NCBI GenBank assembly: GCA_963714385.1
Contig: CAVQOJ010000002.1
Coordinates: 326,528-390,527 of the forward strand
Length of the DNA stretch: 64,000 nt
DNA from: an uncultured Holophagae bacterium
Lineage (GTDB): Bacteria; Acidobacteriota; Thermoanaerobaculia; Thermoanaerobaculales; Sulfomarinibacteraceae
Direction: 5' to 3'
A model generated the notes under the pieces. That model ran no database searches, was not told the origin of the DNA, and worked only from the letters and a program-made list of their open reading frames with translations. The first letter of the stretch is position 1. The number at the start of each line of letters is the position of its first letter. The position numbers and the translations under genes are program-made. This document shows, in pieces, positions 36,620 to 45,382 of this stretch.

Positions 36620-37548
36620 CAGTCCCGGAGCTCCCTGCCGGTGAGCCGGATGAAAACGCTCTGCAGGCTGGGTTGCTGAATGGAAACGTCGTCCACGCCG
36701 AGCCGGGCATCGAAGAGCCTGGGCAGGATCGCCCCCAGCCCCGGCCCGTCGGCGAGCACCGACAGCACCGCCTTGCCGTCTTCCACGGCGTGCACCTTCA
36801 CGCCTGCTATTGTCCCCAGACAGTCCCGGCCGCCCGCCTCGTCAAACGCACCCGTCAGCCGCACCACCTCACCCTCGCCGGCGAGCCTGGTCAGCTCCTC
36901 GAGGGTCCCCTCGGTGAGGATCCTGCCGTGGTCGATGATGGCGATCCGGTCACACAGGTCTTCGGCCTCGTCCATGTAGTGGGTGGTGTACAAGACCGTC
37001 GTCCCCGACGACGCCGCCTCGCGGATCACCTCCAGGATGTTGAGTCTCGCCTGGGGGTCGATACCGACGGTGGGCTCGTCGAGGAGCAGGAACTTGGGTC
37101 GGTGAAGCAGGCCCATGCACAGATTGAGGCGACGTTTCATGCCGCCGGAGAACCGCTTGACCTTGTCCCCGGCACGCTCGGCGAGGCCCACCCGGCTCAG
37201 GGTCTCGTCGACCCGCCGCCTCAGCTCACTCCCCCCGAGGCCGTACAACGATCCCCAGAAGTTGAGGTTGTCGCGGGCGGACAGGTCGTCGTAGACCGCG
37301 ATCTCCTGGGGGACCACTCCGAGCGATTGCTTGACCGCCCGAGGCTCGACCCAGATGTCCCGCTCGTCCACCGTGACCCGGCCTCCGTCCGGGCGCAGAA
37401 CGCCGCAGATCATGTTGATTGTGGTTGTCTTGCCGGCCCCGTTCGGACCCAGCAGGCCGAAGATCTCTCCGTCGCGCACTTCGAACGAGACGTCGTCGAC
37501 CGCCGCCAAAGATCCGAAGCTCTTGCCCAGGTGCTCCACCTTGATCAT
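36619..37548 (-). CDS. ABC transporter ATP-binding protein
   Basis: GPNGAGKTT Walker A, FSGGMKRRLNL signature, LLLDEPTVGID Walker B. Confidence 0.9.
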   Translation of the reverse strand: MIKVEHLGKSFGSLAAVDDVSFEVRDGEIFGLLGPNGAGKTTTINMICGVLRPDGGRVTVDERDIWVEPRAVKQSLGVVPQEIAVYDDLSARDNLNFWGSLYGLGGSELRRRVDETLSRVGLAERAGDKVKRFSGGMKRRLNLCMGLLHRPKFLLLDEPTVGIDPQARLNILEVIREAASSGTTVLYTTHYMDEAEDLCDRIAIIDHGRILTEGTLEELTRLAGEGEVVRLTGAFDEAGGRDCLGTIAGVKVHAVEDGKAVLSVLADGPGLGAILPRLFDARLGVDDVSIQQPSLQSVFIRLTGRELRD

Positions 37549-37629
37549 TCAACCCCCCAGCCCGTGGTATTTGTCATCCAACGATCGATGGCGCGATTGG
37601 TTTCATTTTGCCGAGGCTTCCAGTCGAGG

Positions 37630-37682
37630 GTCTAAAGTCTAAGGTCAAAAGTCAAAAGTCAAAAGTCAAAAGTCGAAAGTCA
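37630..37682. repeat. heptad array (GTCAAAA)n, 7-8 units
   Basis: gtctaaa gtctaag gtcaaaa x4 gtcgaaa gtcagg. The last unit contains the stop codon (tca 37680-37682) of the upstream GT2 gene. Confidence 0.9.
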
Positions 37683-38696
37683 GGCGACGCACCAGTAGTC
37701 CGTTCCCTCGGCAAGACCGAGGGCGTTCAGCCGCCCGCGGATGAGCTGGCGGGCGCCGCGGGAGGCCACCGCCGCCAGCACCACAGTATCGCTGCCCAGC
37801 AAGTCGGGCAGATCCTCGGGGGCGATAATCAAACGCCCGCGTGCGGTTCGGCCGATCTTGGCCGGATCGATGTCGACGAAGGCACTGACGTCTGTTCCGT
37901 TTTCGATCAGGTGGCGGGAGAGACGCCGGCCGGTGGGTCCGGCCCCCCAGACGATCACCCGACGGCCGCCCGCCAACGGCCCGCGGGACAGGAAGTGAGC
38001 CTTGCAGCGCAGGAATGCCTCGGTGGAGTATCTCTGGTCCGATCGGCTCAGCCGACCGCGGTGCTCCCGCCAGAAAAAGAGAGCACGATCGAGCTTGGCA
38101 AAGCCGACGCCTGCCGCGAACAGCCGCAGCCAGAGATCGTAGTCCTCGGGCCAGCCGAGGTCACGGTAACCGCCGGCCGACGCCAGGACGTCCCGGCGCA
38201 CCATCGCCGACGGGTGGGCCACGGGTGATTCCACGAACCGCTCGCGGGCCATCTCCTCGTGGGCGAGCAGCGAGTTCAGCCACTGCTCGTAGAGCCTGAA
38301 GCCCTCGCCGACCCCGTGCCGGGGGTAGTGGCACACCCGGCACGAAACCACCCCCACCGCGGGATGGTTGTCGAGAAAGAAGGCCTGAGTCTCGAGCCGC
38401 TGAGGGTGGCTCACGTCGTCGGCGTCCATCCGCGCCACCAGCGGCGCCCGGCACGCCGCCAGCCCGAGGTTCAGGGACGCCACCAGGCCGCAGGCCGGCT
38501 CGCGCAGGACCCGAAGCCGGCCATCCCGGGAGGCCCAGTCTTCCAGCAGCTCACCCGACCCGTCGGTGGACCCGTCGTCCACCGCCACGACCTCGAAATC
38601 GGCGAGGGTCTGGCGGGCGAGGCTGTCGAGGCACGCCGAGAGATGGGTCGCAGCGTTGCGAACGGGCATCAGCACCGACACCGCCGGCATCGTCAC
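37680..38696 (-). CDS. family-2 glycosyltransferase with C-terminal Rossmann-like domain
   Basis: VSVLMPVRNAATHLSACLDSLARQTLADFEVVAVDDGSTDGS, MDADD. C-terminal VIVWGAGPTGRRL nucleotide-binding-like motif. Confidence 0.8.
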   Translation of the reverse strand: MTMPAVSVLMPVRNAATHLSACLDSLARQTLADFEVVAVDDGSTDGSGELLEDWASRDGRLRVLREPACGLVASLNLGLAACRAPLVARMDADDVSHPQRLETQAFFLDNHPAVGVVSCRVCHYPRHGVGEGFRLYEQWLNSLLAHEEMARERFVESPVAHPSAMVRRDVLASAGGYRDLGWPEDYDLWLRLFAAGVGFAKLDRALFFWREHRGRLSRSDQRYSTEAFLRCKAHFLSRGPLAGGRRVIVWGAGPTGRRLSRHLIENGTDVSAFVDIDPAKIGRTARGRLIIAPEDLPDLLGSDTVVLAAVASRGARQLIRGRLNALGLAEGTDYWCVA

Positions 38697-38756
38697 CGAT
38701 GGCCCTCCCCGTCAGATGAGCGCACGTCGAATGTCACAAAGGCAGGATAACCCCGG

Positions 38757-38885
38757 CCACCCACCCATTACGAATTACGAATTTCGAATTGCGAATTGTC
38801 GACGTCCGAGGGCGGGTGTGCCGGGGTCCATCCACGACCTCGGCAGGCCGGAATTCGTAATTCGGAATTCGTAATTCGCAATTTT
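38757..38885. repeat. AATTCGY hairpin element with core in inverted orientation
   Basis: ccacccaccc | attacga attacga atttcga attgcga attg | tcGACGTCCGAGggcgggtgtgccggggtccatccacgacCTCGGCAGGCcg | gaattcg taattcg gaattcg taattcg caatttt. Confidence 0.9.
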
Positions 38886-38923
38886 ACTCTGGGTTGGAGG
38901 GGACCTTCGAATCTGGACATCGA

Positions 38924-39970
38924 CTACCGACCCCGCTCCGAAAGACCGCGGACAATGCGCTTGACGAGGCCCGGTCCTTCGTAGATCAGCCCGGTGTACA
39001 CCTGGACCAGGGTCGCGCCGGCATCGAGCTTGGCGACGGCGTCCTCCGGTCCCATGATTCCGCCGACCCCGATGATCGGTACCGCGCCCTGCAGCAGCCC
39101 GGCAACCCGGGCCACTACCTCGGTGCTCCTTGCGGTCAGGGTGGCGCCGCTCAGGCCGCCCTCCTCCCCCGCCAGCGGGTGGTCGACACCATCGCGCGCG
39201 ATAGTGGTGTTGGTGGCGATGATGCCATCGAGCCCGGATTCGACGATCGCCCCCACTGCCCCGTCCAGCTGGTCGTCGCTGAGGTCCGGCGCGAGCTTGA
39301 CGAGCACCGGAACATCCCTGCCCAGCCGATCGGCCAGCTCTGATCGGCGAGATGCAATCCCACCCAGCAGACCCGCCAAAAATACCGGCTCCTGCAGTCG
39401 CCGCAATCCCGGCGTGTTGGGGGAGGAGATGTTGATGGCGAGGTAGTCGGCGAGAGGCGCGAAGACGTCCATCAACTGCTGATAATCAACCCCCGCGTCC
39501 TCGAGGGCCGTGGCCTTCTGCTTGCCGATGTTGACGCCGACGACCGGCCCGCCGGGCGGGCGACCTCGGAGCCGGTCGGCGACGAACGCCGCACCCCGGC
39601 CCGGGAAGCCCATGCGGTTGATCACCGAACGCTGAGGGACGAGCCTGAACACCCTCGGTTTCGGGTTTCCCGGCTGCGGTTCGGGGGTCACCGTGCCGAC
39701 CTCGATGTGGCCAAAACCGAGGGCTGACAGCCCTCGCCACGCTTCCCCGTCCTTGTCGTAACCCGCCGCCAGGCCCACCCGGTTGGGGAAGGTCAGACCG
39801 AAGGCTGAGACCGGTTCTGCCTCGCGAACCGCGAACACCGAGGCCACCGCACTCCGGAGCGACGCTGCGGCACCGACCCGGGCCATCGCCCGGATCGACA
39901 GCCCGTGGGCGGTCTCCGGGTCGAGCCGGAAGAGGAGTTTGCGGGACAACGGGTAGAGCATGCTCACCAC
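38924..39970 (-). CDS. pyrD: dihydroorotate dehydrogenase (quinone), class 2
   Basis: 348 aa. GFGHIEVGTVTPEPQPGNPKPRVFRL, NISSPNTPGLR, IIGVGGI motifs. Confidence 0.9.
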   Translation of the reverse strand: MVSMLYPLSRKLLFRLDPETAHGLSIRAMARVGAAASLRSAVASVFAVREAEPVSAFGLTFPNRVGLAAGYDKDGEAWRGLSALGFGHIEVGTVTPEPQPGNPKPRVFRLVPQRSVINRMGFPGRGAAFVADRLRGRPPGGPVVGVNIGKQKATALEDAGVDYQQLMDVFAPLADYLAINISSPNTPGLRRLQEPVFLAGLLGGIASRRSELADRLGRDVPVLVKLAPDLSDDQLDGAVGAIVESGLDGIIATNTTIARDGVDHPLAGEEGGLSGATLTARSTEVVARVAGLLQGAVPIIGVGGIMGPEDAVAKLDAGATLVQVYTGLIYEGPGLVKRIVRGLSERGR

Positions 39971-40107
39971 CTGCGTGCGCGCTGTGGATCACACCCTACC
40001 AGAGGACGCCGTCCTCATGGCTGCTTCGGCGCCGGAGATCCACTCCATCGTGACTCCTCGCGAGTTGGTGATCGTTCGGACGCTGCGATCGTACCTTGTC
40101 GGCACGA

Positions 40108-40211
40108 GTCCAAAGTCTGAAGTCAAAAATCCAAAGTCCGAAGCATCCGTGGTGCGAGTAGGAAGTCGATGGTTGAACGTCGAAAGTTGAAAGTCGAATG
40201 TTGAAAGTTGG
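40108..40211. repeat. two heptad arrays (GTCNAAA x5; GTTGAAA/GTCGAAA x5)
   Basis: gtccaaa gtctgaa gtcaaaa atccaaa gtccgaa (40108-40142). gttgaac gtcgaaa gttgaaa gtcgaat gttgaaa (40172-40211). Confidence 0.9.
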
Positions 40212-40260
40212 CGTTGTTGCGGCCGTCGGCTGCTCCAACGCGACTCCCAGGAGTCGTCTT

Positions 40261-40428
40261 GAAACGGCTCACTCGTTCGGTGTTCGCGTCGGGCGTCGGC
40301 CGAGATGGCCCAGACTTGTCCTGAGCGAGCGAAGCGAGTCGAACGGATTCCTCTTCGGCCCGAAGCCTGTCCCGAGCGAGGCGCCCACAAGGCGCCGATG
40401 AGGGAGCCCTCATTCGGAATGACAGCCA
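40261..40428 (+). repeat. family B repeat, longest copy
   Basis: gaaacggctcactcgttcgg...gtcctgagcgagcgaagcgagtcgaacggattcctcttcggccc...ccctcattcggaatgacagccagc. Confidence 0.85.
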
Positions 40429-40447
40429 GCGCACGTACCGATTTTTT

Positions 40448-40595
40448 GAATTCCGAATTCCGAATTCCGAATTCCGAGTTCCGAATTTCCCCCTCCCCTT
40501 CTCCCCTTCTCTCCTTCTCCTTGACGAACACACGGCCTCCCATTTTTCAATTTGTAATTTTCAATTTGTAATTTTCAATTGGGTGGGCGGGTGGG
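40448..40595. repeat. heptad array (GAATTCC x6), polypyrimidine tract, heptad array (AATTTGT/AATTTTC x5) and G-quadruplex-type box
   Basis: gaattcc x4 gagttcc gaatttcc (40448-40490). ccctccccttctccccttctctccttctcc. atttttc aatttgt aattttc aatttgt aattttc aatt (40542-40580). gggtgggcgggtggg (40581-40595). Confidence 0.9.
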
Positions 40596-40598
40596 AGA

Positions 40599-41213
40599 TT
40601 ATTCGCACCACCCCTGCAGGTCGGCGAGCTCCAGGAGGACGACCCGGTAAGCCGGAGCGTACGCGGCCACGTACGTGTCGCTGTGGTGTGCCGGAGGGTA
40701 ACCCTTCTCGGCCAACCGGGCGGTCAGGTCCTCGAGCTGGCCGGCCAGCTGGTACCGGCTTCGGCGGACGAGCCGGGGCACCGCCCTGGCGAGCTCCCGG
40801 TCCATGGTGGTCGGGTCTCCCGGGGCGGCCTCGGCGCTCGCGATGAACGCAGTCAGCAGAGCCGACGGATCGCCGCCGGCTGCCAGATACGGCCGCAGGT
40901 GGATCCTCACCATGGCCGGATCGCCGCCGAGGGGTTGGCACAACAGATCCTGGACCGCCGCCGGACGCAGGGCCGCCACCTCAGAATCGAGGTAGCGGGC
41001 TGCCGCGTCGGGGTCCTCGATCGCGTGGCCGGGGCCGAAGACCCCCTGGTGGATAAACTTGTAGACGTCGGTCGCGCCCAGCTCCGGGTGGAGCCGGAGC
41101 TCCTCGTCCAGAGCCACCATCACGGCGTCGCCGCCGGCGGGCGGTTCCTGTGCCGCCACACCGCCGATCACCAGGAGGGCCAGCAGGAAAGCAACCATCA
41201 ATCGTCGGTTCAT
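40599..41213 (-). CDS. secreted hypothetical protein
   Basis: 204 aa with signal peptide MNRRLMVAFLLALLVIGGVAAQE. Start overlaps the HD-gene stop (4-nt overlap). No family recognised. Confidence 0.55.
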   Translation of the reverse strand: MNRRLMVAFLLALLVIGGVAAQEPPAGGDAVMVALDEELRLHPELGATDVYKFIHQGVFGPGHAIEDPDAAARYLDSEVAALRPAAVQDLLCQPLGGDPAMVRIHLRPYLAAGGDPSALLTAFIASAEAAPGDPTTMDRELARAVPRLVRRSRYQLAGQLEDLTARLAEKGYPPAHHSDTYVAAYAPAYRVVLLELADLQGWCE

Positions 41214-41773
41214 ATCTCCAACCTCTTGACGAAGGGTTCGTAGGTCATGAAGTCCGCGTGGTGGACGAGCCAGGCCTCGGTGGTTCGGGCCACCATGTCG
41301 CCCTCACCCGCGTGGGTGGCGATGATGTGGCTCACCGCGTCAGGCAGCCCGCACTCCATGGCCAGCGCCACGCCGGTGAACGGGTGACGGAGGTACTTGC
41401 CCCGAGCACTCTGACAGCTCCCGCCGCCGCCGTCACCCTCGTACTCCAAAAGCTTGCCGACATCGGCGAGGATGGCGCCCGCCACCACCACGTCCGTGTC
41501 GACCGGCAGCGCCTCGCCGAAGAAAGCCTCCACCGAGCGGGCCGCATCGCGGGCGACGTGAACGACGGCCCGCTTATGGGCCATGAAGCTCACCGGACAG
41601 CCGGGCACCAGCAAGGTGAACGGAATGCGTTCGAGGTCGTCGGGCTTCAGCGGCGACAGCTCGAAGGCGCGCACCCAGCAGTCGGTCGTCTTGGCGCGGA
41701 GATCCCCGTCCTCGATCCACTCCAGCTCCGGCCAGATCCGCTCCACCTCGTCTCGCAGCATCTCTTTCTCCAT
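41210..41773 (-). CDS. HD-domain metal-dependent phosphohydrolase
   Basis: 187 aa from ATG 41773. FMAHKRAVVHVARD...ILADVGK...IIATHAG. The upstream part of track ORF 41210..42049 is rejected. Confidence 0.7.
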   Translation of the reverse strand: MEKEMLRDEVERIWPELEWIEDGDLRAKTTDCWVRAFELSPLKPDDLERIPFTLLVPGCPVSFMAHKRAVVHVARDAARSVEAFFGEALPVDTDVVVAGAILADVGKLLEYEGDGGGGSCQSARGKYLRHPFTGVALAMECGLPDAVSHIIATHAGEGDMVARTTEAWLVHHADFMTYEPFVKRLEI

Positions 41774-41813
41774 TCCTGAAACGGCGTCAGCATAGGCCAA
41801 CGAGGGGTTCGGA

Positions 41814-43088
41814 TCAATCGGTGGCTTGTGGCGAGAGGAATTCGAGGATGGCGGCGCTGTCGGAGAACGGCAGCTCCGGACCGCACGATCTCGCAACGGT
41901 ACCGCCCAGAGACGCCATGAGCTCGAGCAGCCAGTCCTGCTCGACAGCACGCCAGCGAGTGATGTCCCGGCCGGTGTCGGTGGCGGCGACACAGAACACG
42001 ATCGTGCCGCGGTCCAGGCTGTCAAACGCACCGGCGAGGACCACCACACCGCCGTCGGTCGAGGTCAGGGTGCCGGTCTTTACTACCGCTCGCGGGCCGT
42101 TCGGATCACCTGCCAGATCCGGGAACATCCGACCGGTCGGGCCGGGATCACAACCCGGAACCGGAAGAATATCGTCGAGCTCGAGCCCGAGGGTCCGGAT
42201 CCCCGATCGAAGCCCGCGCATCAACTCGACCGCGATCCTCGCCGTCATCCGGTTACTCTTCTGCCCCGACGCCGTTCTCAGCTCGAGCTGGAGAGGCTCG
42301 GCGGCCAGTCGATTGCGCAGAAAGGCGGTCAGGTCGCCCGCCCCGCCGAGACCGTCGGCGATGCGAACGATGTCGTTGTTCGAGTGCACGTTGAATCTCC
42401 GCAGCACCACCCACAGCGGGTTCGAACGATGCAACACCAACGGCTGTGTTTCACCCGGATCGGGGAGATACCGCACCGTGCCCGTCACGGCCACTCCGGG
42501 CTGCGTTGCAGGATCCCATCCCCGTCTCGCGCACAGCTCCGCCCAGGCCTGCCGGTGGGAAGCCGTCCACCGCGAAGAGTCGACGGCATCCAGCAGCCGT
42601 CTGCCCATCTTCAGGGCGCGTTTCGGGGGATCGTCGCGACCGCCCTCGACCCCGTTCTCCCAGCCCATCGCAAAGGTCCCGGTGACCGCCAGGTCGCCGG
42701 CGACCCGGTGCACTCCGAGGGCGTTCAACCACCTCGCCACCAGGAACGCGTTCTCGAGATGAAAGTCGGGATCGCCCCCGCCCCGAACCACCAGCGCCCC
42801 ATGGATGGTGCCCGCGGCCCGGTCCCAGACGCCCAGGTACCCGACCCACGTGGAGTACCGGAAGTCCCGTCCGAGCCGGTCCAACGCCCACAGCGAAGTC
42901 CCCGCCTTGACCACGGACGCGGGGTTGAATGGGGTGTCGGGATCTCGCGACGCCACCACGTCGCCGGTCAGGGTCTCGGCGTGGTAGATCAGGCGGTCCG
43001 AATCGGCGGACCAGGCGGCCGGGCACACGACCAGGCAGAGAGTCCACACCATTGCGGCGACGCCGAAGGTCTCCTCGCTCGGGTTCAT
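41814..43088 (-). CDS. dacB: D-alanyl-D-alanine carboxypeptidase/endopeptidase (PBP4, peptidase S13)
   Basis: 424 aa. Signal peptide. SVVK (SxxK), HSNN (SxN), KTGTL (KTG). Confidence 0.85.
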   Translation of the reverse strand: MNPSEETFGVAAMVWTLCLVVCPAAWSADSDRLIYHAETLTGDVVASRDPDTPFNPASVVKAGTSLWALDRLGRDFRYSTWVGYLGVWDRAAGTIHGALVVRGGGDPDFHLENAFLVARWLNALGVHRVAGDLAVTGTFAMGWENGVEGGRDDPPKRALKMGRRLLDAVDSSRWTASHRQAWAELCARRGWDPATQPGVAVTGTVRYLPDPGETQPLVLHRSNPLWVVLRRFNVHSNNDIVRIADGLGGAGDLTAFLRNRLAAEPLQLELRTASGQKSNRMTARIAVELMRGLRSGIRTLGLELDDILPVPGCDPGPTGRMFPDLAGDPNGPRAVVKTGTLTSTDGGVVVLAGAFDSLDRGTIVFCVAATDTGRDITRWRAVEQDWLLELMASLGGTVARSCGPELPFSDSAAILEFLSPQATD

Positions 43089-44515
43089 CGCCCGCGTTGG
43101 TTGCCAAGCAAACGATCGGCAAGCGCCGATCCGAGCCGGCCATCCGGATCGAGTCTCGCTCGGACCGCCTCGAATCGATCCAGCTCGCCGTCCCCGAAGG
43201 TCTCTCTGAACAGCTCTCCGGGGAGGGCGGCGTCCTTGGCCGGATAGAATCGCCCTCCGGCCCGGACAACCGGTTCCGCGATCTCCCGCACCAGCCGCCA
43301 GAGGTCGGCCCGGCGTCGCTCGAGCACCGGAAAGTCGAGGGCCAGCGAGAATCCGTCAACCGCGTGGGTCAGCACGAAGGGGTCCGGTCGGTGGCGCTTG
43401 AGCACCGCGAGGAACGACGGCTGACCGCGCCGCCGGCAGGTCTCCAGCTGGCCGCGGAAGACCGATTCCGCCCCGTCCACGGGAACAAAGCTCTGGTGTT
43501 GGATCAGCCCACCAGGAAGGTAGATCTGTTTCCAGTTCGGCACGTAGTCGAGCAGGAAGGAGAACTCCGCCAGTGATTGTCGGTACTCGGCGCCGTTACC
43601 CACGGTGCTTCCCGACAGGTACTTGGCACGGTTGATCCAGCGCATTCCGGGCCGGTTGGTGAACGGCTTGATGAGTCGCCACATGGCCGATTTCGGGAAG
43701 CCGCCGAACAGGGCATCCGGCAGATCCTGGCAGTCGGCGCGCAAGGACTGGGCCGGCGCCGGATCCTCCTCCGGTTCGAGATGGCGGGCGAAGTGGAGCA
43801 GTCCGCGGCCGAGCCGCCGCCCGCTGGTGAAGGCATCCACCCAGCCAACCACGTACTCCCAGTCGTCCTTGGCATCATCGGCCAACCGGAGCATGGTTTC
43901 CAGATCGGGCGCCGCGACCGCCTTGACGTGGAGCAGACCCGACGCGACCTTCTTCATCTTCAGTCGCGCCCTGACGATCACCCCGATCTGCCCGAACGAC
44001 CCGATCACCGCGCGGAAAATCTCGCCGCCGGCGTCGCGGTGAACCGTCCGGCGCTCACCCGACGGCAGCACCAGGTCGAGCTCCAGGCAGTGGTCCCCGA
44101 GGGTGCCGCGCCCCCAGTTGTTCTTGCCGTGGACGTTCATCGCCAGGCAGCCGCCGATGGTCGGCTCCATGGTGCCGGTCACCACCGGGGGCCACCAGCC
44201 GTCGCCGAGCACGTACCGCCACAGGCCGCGGATGGTGACCCCTGGCTCGACGTCGATGACGCCGGACGCGGGATCCCAGGCCAGGACCCGCGTCATCCGG
44301 CTGAGATCGAGGACCACCGCCTCGGGGTTCAGGGCGGCATCACCGTAGCTGCAGCCCGCTCCCCGGAGGGTCACCGGCACGCCGGCTGCCTCGGCGGCGT
44401 CGAAAGCCGAATGGATCCCCTCGAGCGTGGTCGGCCGAAACACGTAGCCGGCCGCGCCCACCGCCATGCCCCACCCCTCCAACCACTCGAGGCGATCCGG
44501 GGACAGCACGGTCAC
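43085..44515 (-). CDS. FAD-binding oxidoreductase, DprE1-like
   Basis: C-terminal 476 aa of track ORF 43085..45091. PVTLRGAGCSYGDAAL FAD-binding (PCMH-type) motif. GTG start 44515 overlaps the SDR stop (GTGA). Stop overlaps the dacB start. Confidence 0.8.
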   Translation of the reverse strand: MTVLSPDRLEWLEGWGMAVGAAGYVFRPTTLEGIHSAFDAAEAAGVPVTLRGAGCSYGDAALNPEAVVLDLSRMTRVLAWDPASGVIDVEPGVTIRGLWRYVLGDGWWPPVVTGTMEPTIGGCLAMNVHGKNNWGRGTLGDHCLELDLVLPSGERRTVHRDAGGEIFRAVIGSFGQIGVIVRARLKMKKVASGLLHVKAVAAPDLETMLRLADDAKDDWEYVVGWVDAFTSGRRLGRGLLHFARHLEPEEDPAPAQSLRADCQDLPDALFGGFPKSAMWRLIKPFTNRPGMRWINRAKYLSGSTVGNGAEYRQSLAEFSFLLDYVPNWKQIYLPGGLIQHQSFVPVDGAESVFRGQLETCRRRGQPSFLAVLKRHRPDPFVLTHAVDGFSLALDFPVLERRRADLWRLVREIAEPVVRAGGRFYPAKDAALPGELFRETFGDGELDRFEAVRARLDPDGRLGSALADRLLGNQRGR

Positions 44516-45291
44516 ACCTTGAGACGCTTGAAGATTGATGACGGCATCGAGCGGATGATCCACATCACGACCCGCCACCGTGCCGGCAGGTAGATGGTCG
44601 CGGCACCTCGCCGGGCTTTCCTCAGGATCACCTCGGCCGCCCGGTCTGGAGAGATCAACCAGAACAACCCGGCCAACCCCTCGGTCATGGCGGTGTCCAC
44701 GAATCCCGGCTTGACCGTGAGGACCCTGACGCCGAAGCGCCCGATCCGGTTCCGAACGGCCTCCAGATAGGTGTGGAGCCCGGCCTTGGAGGTGTTGTAG
44801 CCGGGGTTTGCCGACCGGCCGCGGTCGCCGGCCACCGATCCGATACCGACGATGGTGCCCCGGCGAAGCCTGCCGAAACGCTCGGCAGTGGGGTTCAGCC
44901 ACGCCACCGCACCGGCCAGGTTGATCTCCAGCATCTCGAGATCCTTGCCGGAGTCGAACTCCTCGAAGGCCACGCGGCGCTGCACCCCGGCGGCGTAGAT
45001 CACCAGATCGAGGCCACCGAGGACGCGGGCGATCTCCTGGAAGAGCTCGGGCACCTCTCCCACGTTGCGCACGTCGTGGGCGAAGGGCCACGCCCGCGGC
45101 TCTCCTGCGGCTTCGTTGATCGAGGCGGTGATGTCGTCCAAAACACCGGCCCGCCGGGCAACGAGGGCGACCCGTGCACCGCCGGCCGCGAGCCGCCGAG
45201 CCAGAGCCTCACCGATCCCGGACGAGGCCCCCACGACGAGGGCGTGACGGAACTCAGCCACGGCATTGCCTCCCTCCTTGTACTGTGCCAC
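44512..45291 (-). CDS. short-chain dehydrogenase/reductase, DprE2-like
   Basis: 259 aa. VVGASSGIGEALARRLA Rossmann motif, YNTSK catalytic motif. C-terminal membrane-associating tail WRVVMWIIRSMPSSIFKRLKV. Confidence 0.8.
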   Translation of the reverse strand: MAQYKEGGNAVAEFRHALVVGASSGIGEALARRLAAGGARVALVARRAGVLDDITASINEAAGEPRAWPFAHDVRNVGEVPELFQEIARVLGGLDLVIYAAGVQRRVAFEEFDSGKDLEMLEINLAGAVAWLNPTAERFGRLRRGTIVGIGSVAGDRGRSANPGYNTSKAGLHTYLEAVRNRIGRFGVRVLTVKPGFVDTAMTEGLAGLFWLISPDRAAEVILRKARRGAATIYLPARWRVVMWIIRSMPSSIFKRLKV

Positions 45292-45313
45292 GGCTGGGCG
45301 AGGATGTCAGCAA

Positions 45314-45360
45314 CCCCCACACACCCATTGCATATTGCAAATTGAAAATTGCAGATTTCC
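45314..45360. repeat. C-box + heptad array (ATTGCAA-type x5)
   Basis: cccccacacaccc | attgcat attgcaa attgaaa attgcag atttcc. Confidence 0.9.
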
Positions 45361-45382
45361 GCCATCCGAGATAGCACTGACT

